Source: Eledone cirrhosa
Taxonomy: Eukaryota
NCBI GenBank assembly: GCA_964016885.1
Contig: OZ024741.1
Location: 382,106,001-382,170,000 of the forward strand
Length of the DNA: 64,000 bases
Direction: 5' to 3'
The notes below the pieces were generated by a model that saw only the letters and a program-made list of their open reading frames with translations, ran no database searches and was not told the origin of the DNA. The translations under genes were made by a program, and so were the position numbers. Below are positions 11,564-25,754 of the stretch, piece after piece. Each line of letters starts with the position of its first letter. The first letter of the stretch is position 1.

Positions 11564-14390
11564 TGTGAGAGTCATGGATTCAGAGTCATCAAACAATCCT
11601 TCCACCAGTTAATGTCAGAAACAACCGTTTCCAACTGAACCGGTTCGATCACCAAGCTAAACCAACAAAGCTTAAGGATTATCAAATCAACTTTCACGGG
11701 GTTTACTCCTGAGTCTTATCCCGGTTGGCTTTGACAAGGATACTTTCCTGAGATATTCTAACCACATGTTAATAATACCGGAACTATGATCTCTTAATTA
11801 GAAGTATCGGCACTACCTAGAACGCATCTACGATGTCTGCTCTACACACTGTATTAAGTAACGTTAATCCAAAGAACCTTCGAAAGACCCCATTTCGGCC
11901 ATTTGTAGGCCTAAAATTCAATGATTCAATGTATCCGACGCTCTCCGAGTGCGAAGACGTATTCCGCCTCAATGTTTCCTGCGCACAATTCAGCCTCACA
12001 TTTTCAGATTCAGTTGCTCACTTTCTCAGTAATGTATCCCGTAATGCCCTCTAAAATATTTCCCATCAGTTCCAGTAAAATGACATACGTCATCTACCAT
12101 GTTAATTCAGTCTCAGGTCTTACAGTGGCTAACTTCCAATGTTCTTTCTTTGCAAAATGTCATCTTGGCCTTCTTCACTACCTGCGGTTTCGGTGGTTTC
12201 AAAATTGTTCAGCCGTCTAAAATGATCTACCACTGCACTAATTAGGATTCTAAACCTCTGGACAATTGACAGTATGTGTCTCAGTTTATCTATCTCGAAA
12301 TTTCACAATATTACGTACAATATGACTAGTTCCTATGACCAACGTTTCTTCCATCCGATCATCTCTCAACTGCACACACTCTCCTTGGCTGATACTGTCC
12401 CTAATAGCCTGATTGCACCAATGGCCACATAGTGATTTCTGAATTCCTTCTGTTTTACCTGGCTGACTACAACAACCATTCCCTTTTGCAGATTATTGAT
12501 GCAGTAAGATCTGAATTGGGAATCTCCAAGTACATTTCTGTTGCTCGTGTAGGAACTCCTATATATATTCATAGCCTAAAGAGATACCATTTTATTTTAG
12601 TCGTGATCCCGATGGGGAAGAATGGAGGCTATGATAACCCACACCTTGTCACACTTGTACTGTTCAACTATTAACTGAATAAGTAATTTTATCGAAGCAT
12701 CCAAAGGTCTGTGGTAATCGTAGCAACATTTATTTCTATTCCGCTCAGTAGTCTGGACACGTTTTAGTGGGCTATCATACTACACCAGTGACTGTTGAAT
12801 TCTGGAGCAATATACAAATTATATGCATCAGAGCTTGAACGTACATGCTTTGTCTGTTGCCGAAAATCCATAATAGATCATCTTCTGAATAATTTTAAGT
12901 CACTCACTCTTCATTGAACAATCTAAAATGCAACCCCGGCAGGCTCTTCACTTTCTTCCCGCTCTCGGTTACATGACATCTTCTTCAATCTTATACTTCA
13001 CTTATTCTTGTTATCCTTTATCAAGAATCACACTAATCAATCTATTTGCATCTGAAACGCATCCTTGCACAAGATAATAGATCATCTAGTCTACACAAGA
13101 TATTTAGCATTAACTCCTCTACTTCATTCTCTATGACAGCATTTTATGAGGAGCAAATCTTCATTTCACGGTCGTAAGGTAGCTTCCATTCCCAGCACAA
13201 ATCATATAACCGATATTGTACCCTCAGCCCCAATCACCACCTCGAGCTTGTGCCACGCTGAAGCAAAGTTATTTGCGGTAAAATGCATGCAAAACTTATT
13301 ATAGTCAATCTTCAGTATGCATACCTCTGAAGAGATCTAACAGAGTAACATACCAAACCCAAGCTCTTTGTGTGAAACCGATCCGAAACCATTTGTCAAT
13401 CTAGCCACACAACTGCCAAGTCACATTTGTTCTTCATAGTTGAATTGTGACATTCCAGATCATTTTCATATGTTCTGTGCCTACCCATACACCTGAGGTG
13501 CAAGCTTTTTATACCATGACATCGGTGTAGCCATGAGCCAACAGAAATGGCATAACTTGGTCAGCAATAATCCTCAAAAAGAATTTTCCATTTACATTAT
13601 GCAAGAAGATTAATTCGAACTATTCAAAAGTTCACGAAGTCTGGACTTTGAGAAGATAGATGGCTTCTACACATGCCCAGGAATTACCTCTCAACTGATT
13701 TGGCTGAGCTCCTCGAAAAATGAGAAAGTCTGTGTGTCAGTCTAGGAAACTTCTCATCTACTTGTACCATATCTGGGCTCTTGTGGGCTTCTTTATTTTG
13801 AACGCCGCCAATATCAAATTTAGCTCCGGGCCCTATCTGCTTTGGTACTTGCTGTTTTGTTGGAGATTATATGTCCCATGCTGCCGCCTAAGCTGTCTCT
13901 CTTATTCTGGGCATTCGCACACATTGCTTTCTCCCTCTTAATTTCATTCAAACTTGCCAGCATTTTCCTCTTGCCACATTCTTTTCCCCCTCTACACTAA
14001 TGTGCCAAACATCCTTTCGCTTGCATCGCAGATCGAACAGCATTTCTTCAATTCAGTGTTCCTTCTCCCTTTTGTCTTCTATCTTTGTCAGTGTTGCATT
14101 TTCGATGGTCTTGTAGATAGACATTTCATTTGCTTTAGGCCAGGGCCCCCAAAAGTACCTATCAAAGGCACGCGGCAAACTCATTTTCTTGTCTTATATT
14201 TTCATCAAATTTGGCTATTTATCCCTCGTACTTTTCAAATACTTGCAGCAGCAGCATCATTGATCTTGAGCTGCCAAACTAATGCAAACATCAAAAAGGA
14301 AATAAAGAGCAGCCTATCAACTCTATTGCAGATTAGGATTGTAACTTTTGGGAATTTCATCTCAATGTTGGCATTCTAGCGCTCCCCCCA
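11564..14390 (-). mobile_element. Degenerate RLE-type non-LTR retrotransposon, HERO-like
   Basis: Manual minus-strand translation of about 13620-13180 gives IFLHNVNGKFF..LLAHGYTDVMV*KA..EHMKMIW..DLAVVWLD..NGFGSVSH..WHKLEVVIGAEGTISVI*FVLGME, matching HERO-type RT motifs (LNVEGKIFF, GYIDTSVQK, WLDLANAYGSVPH, GCTISVILF); 5' limit uncertain. Confidence 0.78.
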
Positions 14391-15068
14391 TTACGTAATG
14401 TGTATTTTGAATCCTTGAATTTGAGATACCTGTTTTATGCCATTTGATGTCCATTTGCTTGCTTCGCTATCATCTTCTAGTGCATTGACCCACCTACGAG
14501 ATATCATTCCGGTGTATAATTGATGTTTATTATCTGATTGGCATTCCAATTCTGCGTAGATCTCGACGCATACATTTGAAAAACTTTCAACATAGCAAAT
14601 GCTTCGCGTACAATATCCGTCCAAGTATTGGAAAATTTTCCTTGTCCGTAATCATTTCCTGCATTACCGGCATTTCCAGCAGCTCTTATTGTCAATCAGT
14701 TTCCCCGGGCTATAACAAAATATCTCCACATTTTTCTGTTTTGTGTGAGCTATCTTTCAGTGGGGCTATTTATTATGTTATTCTATCGATTTTGATGGCG
14801 TTTAGAAAATGAATAAAAATATGTTGTACCTAATATTATATTTAAAGTATTGAAAATACAGTACAATGCGTTTTTTTATTAACTTTAAAAGTGCCTGTCA
14901 AAATTTGTAAATTCCATAATAAAAAAAACATTGTCGAAACAGCGTTGTCCGACATTGCCAAAATGTAGTGGCAACTCTGTAATATATCCCCAGGGAAACA
15001 CAAAAAGTAATTTTCTTTTTTCGTTACAAAAATATTTTTTTCTCCGACAACGTGTGTACTTATATGTT

Positions 15069-15071
<3 letters not shown>

Positions 15072-15140
<69 letters not shown>

Positions 15141-15320
15141 GTATTATATACATATATATATGTTGCCATATACTCCAATATTAAGCTTCAAATGCTGTGT
15201 AAGTAATTATATATATATATGTGTGTGTCTCTGAGTGTATGTGTATGTGTGTCTGTGAGTGTGTGTGTTTATGTGTCTGTAAGTGTGTGTGTATGTATGT
15301 CTGTGAGTCTGTGTATGTGT
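15072..15320. repeat. (TA)n and degenerate (TG)n microsatellites
   Basis: Direct read. Confidence 0.95.
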
Positions 15321-16259
15321 GCTGGCGCGCACATATATTTATATGTGTATCTTGTTACCAGACTTCTTTACCTTTTGACTGTTCACCACTTCAAACCCAG
15401 AGATGTTCGTTGAAGAAGAAAGTACTTGAAATAATACGATATACCTTTAAAATCGGATGAATTAAATAAAATAATTCTTGTAAATAGAATATTATTGTTA
15501 ACATTAGATACTCATACGGGACGTTGGTTCTTCTAAGTAATAGGATACAGGAAACATTTCAAAGATCATTTTGATCTGAGATAAAAAGATGTAGAAGAAA
15601 AACATTTTGTTTTCTTTTTACTAAACAAACACTCATGAAATTCATTGACATGACAAAATCAACGTGTACATTGGTAGAAATGGAACTGGATGGGAAGTAC
15701 GAAGAACAGAGCTCAGTCATAAAAACAATGAAACGCCAATATATGTGTATAAGTAAATAATTTGGTCCATAGCATTATAGTCCTTTTAGTTTGCTATTGA
15801 TTCAGGAAACAGGAGTTATATAAGGTTTTGAACGTACGTTTGTTAGAAGCTAGTAAATCAATATCTGCGTACTGGATGTAGACGTCAGTTAAGGCAAACC
15901 TACCTTACTGTTATCACAACTGATAACAGTGCAAATATTTCCAGCAGGTATATATATATCCAGGTATTCTGGATCAATAATTACTATACAAAAATTGAAT
16001 TGATATTTACAATAGAGACCAATCCCGGTTTGTTATCGTATCTGTTGTGTATGGAATTACAAGTTCACGTTTGCCATTAACTAAGTGTTGCACTGATTTC
16101 ACCCCTTGAAATATATAAATATTTAATATGAAATTACATTGGTGCCTTTATGAATAATTACGTCTAAAGAAACAAAAAAGACGTTTACAATCGGACGATT
16201 ACACACGGAGATAGGCTTTGATACAACTGATTCAAATAAATATATACTCATGCATTCAT

Positions 16260-16495
<236 letters not shown>

Positions 16496-18246
16496 ATTAG
16501 TATCTGCGTAAATGTAGGCATGTGTGCGTGGGTAGCATTACTACTGCTATATAGCATAAAATATAAACAACATGCTTATTTCTTTCTCTGGGGCTTTGTT
16601 AATAAATGCTTTATGTGATTGGCATTGTTATGTTGCTAAATTCTCAATTTTAGGTAAAGTAGTGGGGTTTTAATCCACTGTTCTCAACTGATTATAAGTA
16701 TCGCCAACCTACCACAGAAACCAGATGAATGGAATTCACTTTATTAGCTACATAAATAAAAACGAAATAGTGATGATGGAGGGAAAGGGTGACAAGGAAA
16801 GTGCGGGAGAGAGGAAGACTGCGAATGGCTGTTTAGAAGAAACAAAGTTATTAGAAATAAATAATGTTAACAGCTTATATTACTTAATAATTATATCTAA
16901 CATTAAGACGAAGCCAATTAGTCATAGGTTGCTACATAGTTAATTACATTATACTATTATTTTGACTGGTTCTTATTATATTGAACCTGCAAAGAGGAAT
17001 GCCACGGTCATTTAACAAGAAAGCGATGAAAAATAACTTTTGCCAGACATATGCCAATCTCGTAACCGATACTTCTATTAAAGCCTTGTGTATAGTTTAA
17101 TAAAATAGTGTACCGTACTTCACACTAAATATGTAATCGTCTCCACGTGTATTAGAAAGTATATTAAAATCCATTGTACGGAGTAGATTATCTACTTTAA
17201 AATACATTAGTTTTATTTGCACTCTAAAATATATATCATATAGTTTATTTCGCTCTATAAATTATGTATCACATAATTTACATCGCACTATACATCACAT
17301 GAAACAGCTTCCTTGAAGTTTCAAAGTTATAAACAGTAAAACTATGAGGGTGATGTTTACGTAAATTTCAAAGAATTTATCAGAAAAAGATGGATGTAGA
17401 TCCGACGCACAATAAAGATCATTGAATTGATTAACACAGACATAACTGTATCGACGTAGGATTGTAGATCATACTTACCACATTATATTAACAGATTAAT
17501 AGTACTCATCATAGCTGTTTCCATATAATCTAAAAACATAACACAAACAAATACGATAAAATATATATCAAAATTGTTGTCGTTTAGCATGTATATAGCT
17601 ATATGAGAAGTTAATAAAAGGAATAAGTTAAATAGCAGAGGAAATGTGATTAATTCGAATGTCTATATAGAGTAATCAATAGACAACTCCAGGCTAGATT
17701 AACTACTCTAACTCAGATAGAACATAGCGCTATTCTTGTTCTCAATCATTATATGACACACAGGATGTTTCACTATACACAACAGAAGATAAAGCAGCAT
17801 ACGTCTCAATAGGCAGATAAATTGAAACCTCATATATCTGTATAATGTGAATCGAATCAGACAAATGTTCACGTATAGTTTATTTCATTTGGATATCCTT
17901 CCATCATAAAACTGTGTTTAACATTTGTGGGGTCATTTGCGTTACGATAGTTCACCACTACATCGGTTAAAATTGATTCATGTTAAATTGATTAAGTTAC
18001 TAAATGGGGTTAGCGTATTTAGGTTTAATTATTTCTACAGGTACTTTACATATATTGTAGTATATGTACTATATATTAGCAGCAGCCGTTCTTGAATAAG
18101 AAAGAAGTAACTTATTTGCTATTTTCATTCATTTAATAATAGATGGTCCTAAAAGATGTAAGTGGCAAGGAAAATAATATATGAATCTCATAGCATATAC
18201 ATGGCGTAAGATTAAGATGTTTCTATAAACATAATGAGAAGTGTAA

Positions 18247-19588
<1,342 letters not shown>

Positions 19589-19704
19589 TAAGAGGAATTC
19601 CAACTTTGTCTGATTTACTCGTTTTATTTACAATCCTTTAAAATATATATAATATGGTATTATAATGAAATAGTATGATAGAATATTAAATTCTAAGTGT
19701 TAAT

Positions 19705-19743
19705 TGAACAAGTACTTTCATGCTTTCGCAATCTTCAGGTTCA
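19705..19743 (-). ncRNA. Minimal hammerhead ribozyme motif
   Basis: Reverse complement of the 3869-3907 motif. Confidence 0.75.
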
Positions 19744-19818
19744 TGATATGTGGTGACAGTGGAGTTTGCAATTTTCAACTGTAATGAGATGGGTAAATTT
19801 ACTACCTTTTATACATTT

Positions 19819-19857
19819 TGAACCTGAAGATTGCGAAAGCATGAAAGTACTTGTTCA
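19819..19857 (+). ncRNA. Minimal hammerhead ribozyme motif
   Basis: Identical to 3869-3907. Confidence 0.75.
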
Positions 19858-20066
19858 ATTAACACTTAGAATTTAATATTCTATCATACTATTTCATTAT
19901 AATACCATATTATATATATTTTAAAGGATTGTAAATAAAATGAGTAAATCAGACAAAGTTGGAATTCCTCTTATTAATATAATCTTCTATACACAATCAT
20001 ACACACCCGTGTATATTTACCTATCTATATCTCTATATATATATATATACACGTACATGCATATAT

Positions 20067-20193
<127 letters not shown>

Positions 20194-20395
20194 CGTTTCT
20201 GAATTTGTTTAGCAAGATTCTTTATCTGAAAACGTGTGTTGAAACCGATATTGTTATAATTTGGGAGGGTCATGTTGCCAATAAGAAACACACTCACCAT
20301 GGCTTTCACTTCAATTTATTATAATAAATTTATAAATTGAGGAATTTATAAATTTCCAGATGGTTGGTTCCACAACCGGATGGTTGTTTATATAT

Positions 20396-20440
20396 TGTCA
20401 AAGTTCTTTCGTCACACATTCTGAGACCTCTTCAGTGGCT
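20396..20440 (-). ncRNA. Hammerhead ribozyme motif (inverted arm; substitutions in stems I and II)
   Basis: Reverse complement reads GCCA-CTGAAGA-GGTCTCAGAATGTGTGAC-GAAA-GAACTT-TGAC. Confidence 0.65.
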
Positions 20441-22086
20441 GAGGATTATTTTGTTTGTTTTTGTGCCTCTCCTTTGTTCTGTCCTACGCCATTTGATTCT
20501 GTGTGTCTGTTGTGTGCTCCGTCTGCGCATGCGCCACATCCGGGTATCTGTGTGTGTTTATATTCGTTTATTTATTTGTTTATTTACATGTTACAATTTG
20601 GTTGTTTGTTCTATGTGCGTGTGTATTTTCAATTTGTCCTTAATTGTAAGTTGTGATGTTGCTGTTCCACTCATGTTTTCTATTTAATTTTGGTTGTAAT
20701 TCTTTTATGTTTATTGCCTCTGTGATTTGTCTAAACATTGCGTCTTTTCTGTGTGTAGATTCTATTTTTATTTCTATGTTCTCTAATTTACCCTTATGTT
20801 TTATTTTAGCATGTTGGTAGAGTAAAGATGATTCTTTACTATCTTGAAGGTCTCGCCAGTGTTCATTTATCCGTTTCCCTACACTACGAGCTGTCTCACC
20901 TATGTACAATATAGTTTTGTCTCTACATTGTCCTTCAGTACATATTATGCTATATATTACATTTCAAGTTTTACAGTTAATATGGGGGCTTAATTTACAG
21001 GTTATACATTTCTTATCTATACAGGGGGGTCATTGAAAAGGGTATTTCTTGCTAATAAGTGTTTTTACGGAGGTACCTGGTATTTCTACTATCTTAATAT
21101 TGAGTTTATGTTTATCTAGGGCCCTTCTAAATTTGTAAGCTATTTCACCTCTAGGGTTGTATCAATGAACATTACACTCTGGTATTTATTGCTATCATAC
21201 CATGAGTTTATTCTATTAGACTTATTCCTAGTTCTTTCTAGTCTATTCCAAAATTTGCTCCTATACAAGGGGCAGGTCCCATTTGTGTCATTATTTACCA
21301 TTTTTTCCCGTTTGGTTTTGGTTCTCTATACACTCTAATTTTATCTCTCCGATTGTAACCGGAGAACTGCATACGGTGGATGAAGTGTTGTATGTGTCTC
21401 TCTAGTTCTTCGGGGTTGCACATGCGGGACACGTTTCTCATCACCGTACCAAATCTGCAATCAGTATGTTGATTTTGGTATGGTCCGAAACAGCTGAGTT
21501 TCGGTGTATCAGATATTTGGAAGTCATGGGTTTGGCATAATGGGAATGGAGGATTTGTTTTTTGTTATTAATAGTATCTAACCAGAGCTCTGTGTCTAGT
21601 ACAGGTAATCTATGGTTGGGGTGTTAGTTGGGTAGTCTATAGTTACTCTAATACTCTGGTGGATGGAGTTAGCTATTTGCTGGATGCTCTGCATTGTGTT
21701 TTTCTCTAGTTCCTGACTGTTCTCTAGTGGTGGTGTTTTAACTACGATGTTTATATCATCAACATAGCGGGAGTACATTATCAGGTTTAAGGGGGCTTCT
21801 AATTGTTCTTTAAGTTTAAGTTTAAGTCTACTGTCCCACCATACCATGAATAAGTTAGCTATGTCGCCTGCAATGCTAACACCAATGACTGCTCCTTCCT
21901 CTTGGGCATATGTTTTTCCATTAACTTTGAACATATGTTCCTTAAAGGTTAATTTTATGCTGGCCCCCACCGCATGTGCAAACATTTTCTTTAGTTCATC
22001 GTGGTTTTCCGGTGTCCGTATGGCTCTGGTCCACCCGTTCCATCTATCTGTGTGGGTTTTCTTGGCCATTGAGATAATGGTAGGTG

Positions 22087-23993
22087 CCAACAACTTCCAG
22101 GCCTGGAACAATGACGTGCCGGCGTTGTATGGGCTTCGAAAAGACCATAAAACGGGCAGTGACCCTGTCGCGGGACCACCGACACGGCCAGTCTTTGGAG
22201 CTAACATTGCTAGTAACTACAGACTGTCCTACCTCCTCTCCCTGATCATACGCCCCATCATTGAAATGTCCCCAGATGTATGTGACAGCACAGAGGACCT
22301 CCTCAGCAGAATCGGTGAGAGTAACCGATCTAGGGACCTAATAAACTGCATAATAGGTAGTATGGATGTTGTGTCCTTGTATCCATCTATTGACGTGGAT
22401 TTTGCTGTGGAGAAATGCGTAGAAATGATCAGTGAGAGCAATGTTGAGTTCCGTGGGATTGATACCAGTGAGCTGGAACTCCTACTTAAACTTACCTATA
22501 GTAATAATTACCTAGACACATATGACCTTAGCAGCCTGTGCCCTACAAGACCAGCAAGAGGCAGACCACCTACCATTACCTCAATGGCCAAGAAAACCCA
22601 CACAGATAGATGGAACGGGTGGACCAGAGCCATACGGACACCCGAAAACCACGATGAACTAAAGAAAATGATTGCACATGCGGTGGGGGCCAGCATAAAA
22701 TTAACCTTTAAGAAAAACATATGCCCAAGAGGAAGGAGCAGTCATTGGTGTTAGCATTGCAGGCGACATAGCTAACTTATTAATGGTATGGTGGGACAGT
22801 AGACTTAAACTTAAGCTTAAAGAACAATTAGAAGCCCCCTTAAACCTGATAATGTACTCCCGCTACGTTGAGGATATAAACATCGTAGTTAAATCCCCCT
22901 ACTAGAGAATAGTCAGGAACTAGAGAAAAACACAATGCAGAGCATCCAGCAAATAGCTAACTCCATCCACCAGAGTATTAGAGTTACTATAGACTACCCA
23001 AGTAAACACCCCAACCATCGATTACCTGTACTAGACACAGAGCTCTGGTTAGATACCATTAATAACAAAAAACAAATCCTCCATTGCCATTATGCCAAAC
23101 CCAAGACTTCCAAATATCTGATCCACCGAAACTCAGCTGTTTCGGACCATACCAAAATCAACATACTGATTGCGGATTTGGTACGGGTGATGAGAAACGT
23201 GTCCCGCATGTGCAACCCCGAAGAACTAGAGAGACACATACAACACTTCATCCACTGTATGCAGTTCTCTGGTTACAATCAGAGAGATACAATCAGAGTG
23301 TATAGAGGAGCCAGAACCAAATGGGAAAAAATGGTAAATAATGACACATATGAGACCTGCCCCTTGTATTGGAGCAAATTTTGGAATAGAATAGAAAGAA
23401 CTAGGAATAAGGCTAATAGAATAAACTCATGGTATGATAGCAATAAATACCAGAGTGTAATGTTCATCGATACAAACCCTAGATATGAATTAGCTTACAA
23501 ATTTAGAATGGCCCTAGATAAACATAAACTCAATATTAAGATAGTAGAAATACCAGGTACCTCCGTAAAAACACTTATTAGCAAGACATACCCTTTACGA
23601 AGAACTCCCTGTATAGATGAGAAATGTATAACCTGTAAATTAAGCCCCCATATTAACTGTAAAACTAGAAATATAGTATATAGCATAAGATGTACTGAAG
23701 GATAATGTAGAGACAAAAATATATTGTACATAGGAGAAACAGCTCGTAGTGTAGAGGAACGGATAAATGAACACTGGCGAGACCTTCAAGATAGTAAAGA
23801 ATCGTCTGTACTCTACCAACATGCTAAAATAAAACATAAGGGTAAATTAGAGAACATAGAAATAAAAATAGAATCTACACACAGAAAAGACGCAATGTTT
23901 AGACAAATCACAGAGGCAATAAACATAAAAGAATTACAACCAAAATTAAATAGAAAACATGAGTGGAACAGCAACATCACAACTTACAATTAA
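22087..23993 (+). pseudogene. PLE RT-GIY-YIG polyprotein, disrupted by frameshifts and a stop
   Basis: ORF pieces 21846..22754, 22935..23705 and 23724..23993. Confidence 0.9.
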
Positions 23994-24194
23994 CAACAAA
24001 ATGAAAACACACACGCACATAGAACAAACAACCAACCTGTAACATGTAAATAAACAAATAAATAAACGAATATAAACACACACAGACACCCGGATGTGGC
24101 GCATGCGCAGACGGAGCACACAACAGACACACATAAACAAAATGACGTAGGACAGAACAAAGGAGAGGCACAAAAACAAAGAAAATAATCCCCA

Positions 24195-24237
24195 GTCACT
24201 GAAGAGGTCACAGAATGTGTGACGAAAGAACTTTGAC
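24195..24237 (+). ncRNA. Minimal type I hammerhead ribozyme motif in PLE 3' repeat
   Basis: GTCA-CTGAAGA-g-GTCACagaatgtGTGAC-GAAA-GAACTT-TGAC. Confidence 0.78.
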
Positions 24238-24406
24238 AATATATAAACAACCATCCGGTTGTGGAACCAACCGGAAATTTATAAATTCCTCAATTTATAA
24301 ATTTATTATAATAAATTGAAGTGAAAGCCTCTGGTGCGTTTGTTTCTTATTGGCAACATGACCCTCCCAAAATATAACAATATATATATATATAGATATG
24401 TATATA

Positions 24407-24478
<72 letters not shown>

Positions 24479-25707
24479 ATATGTATATGCGTGTGTGTGG
24501 GTGTGTGTGCGAAATATATAATCAACGTGTGAAAAAATGAAATAAATCAATGGATAGAAATCTGGATTAGAAAATCCCAACATTTTATTTCTGAACAATT
24601 TCATGGATTGTTTATTGTACACTCTATTTAATATTGTAATTGGTGAATAAATGTGTCGCTATTTAAAGGTTTCCAGCGAATCATTTACTGGTTTCCTGCA
24701 GTTTTATCGTCATGCATTTCAATAAAAGTTTTTTTAATTTGAAGGAGAAAAATATTTGAAAGAACCCATATTAGAAAGGTAGTTCTTCGTGGTTTTCTCG
24801 GCGGTGTTTACATACAACTCCGTTACATTTCAGATAGAGATGCATTATTCTGTATTTCTATATTTCACATAAATATACCAATATCAGATTTACTAGGAAA
24901 ATTCAATCGAAGTCATCTTTCATTGATTGTCTATCTAAAAAAAAACAGCATGGTATAGACACATTTTTGCTTATATACACATGTATAGCATACATCAATT
25001 TAAATTGTTATGTATCTGTACATTTGAGTAAAATATCATGAAGATTGTGTTGTGAGATGGAATAAAGTACGAAGTCTATTATCAGCAGTTTTTGTGATGT
25101 GGCGTCAGGTGTAAATAAATTACCGTGCGGTAGAATTGCAGTCAAGATAGATAACAATTGCAACATAGCGAGTTACAATAGAATAGAATGGAGTTGTATT
25201 GGAAATATGCAGGGGAAGAGGTAGTAAATGTACAGCAAGATATTTAACCTCCAAACTCCAGCAGGCAACTATACCAAGACTCATCACATTTCCCTATATG
25301 AGTTTGCTACATTTTACTTCTGTGTTCAAACAGGCAGATATTGTGGCAACTCTCTCTAATACAGATGCGTTACGCCGTTGGTTCCTCAGTAAGAGGATAA
25401 TCCGCAACTTCAGACATTCTATTAAATTATAACACAACCCTTCTGTAAATGTGTCGGCGTTGTTAATTCAAAATCACTATGATTTGAGAAAGTTTGTATA
25501 CAGTATGGGCATGCTTTGGTTTAGACGGTTAGGGTTCCAGTTTTTCTATTATAAACATAACATGTCACGAAGCACAACAGCCGTGCACCGCTACTCGAGT
25601 TTTCAGGAACATGCAGCGAGATTGAGTATGTAACAAGGCTAGCATATTGAATTTCAGTTAGAGTTTATCGGACAGGTTGCTATAGTTTTCTTTTTCACTC
25701 ACACGTC

Positions 25708-25754
25708 ATGAGTCGGTCGCATGTAACGTTAAATGAGTCGGTCGCATGTAACGT
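25708..25754 (+). repeat. 22-bp tandem duplication ATGAGTCGGTCGCATGTAACGT
   Basis: Direct read. Confidence 0.9.

Larger units (their letters stand above)
19586..20030. mobile_element. ORF-less fold-back of two pLTR arms from the 1651-4075 PLE family
   Basis: 19586-19743 is the reverse complement of 19819-19978; both match 3869-4024; flanked by (TA)n. Confidence 0.92.
20248..24381 (+). mobile_element. Penelope-like element, 5'-truncated, with a 1.8 kb inverted duplication (arms 20248-22086 and 22567-24381)
   Basis: RT motifs GSMDVVSLYPSI, GAVIGVSIAG, RYVDDINI, LPVLD, SGY; PCIDEKCITC linker; NIVYSIRC..YIGETARS..H GIY-YIG; mirror-image ORFs on the minus strand. Confidence 0.93.

Noticed and set aside
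21846-22086. N-terminus of ORF 21846..22754 and the overlapping minus ORF 21596..22207 as a bidirectional gene
   Set aside because: Artefact of the inversion junction at about 22086; each ORF is part sense, part antisense RT
23703-23705. In-frame stop inside GIY-YIG as possible recoding (selenocysteine/readthrough)
   Set aside because: The stop is TAA, not TGA, and the inverted arm has CAA (Gln): an ordinary mutation
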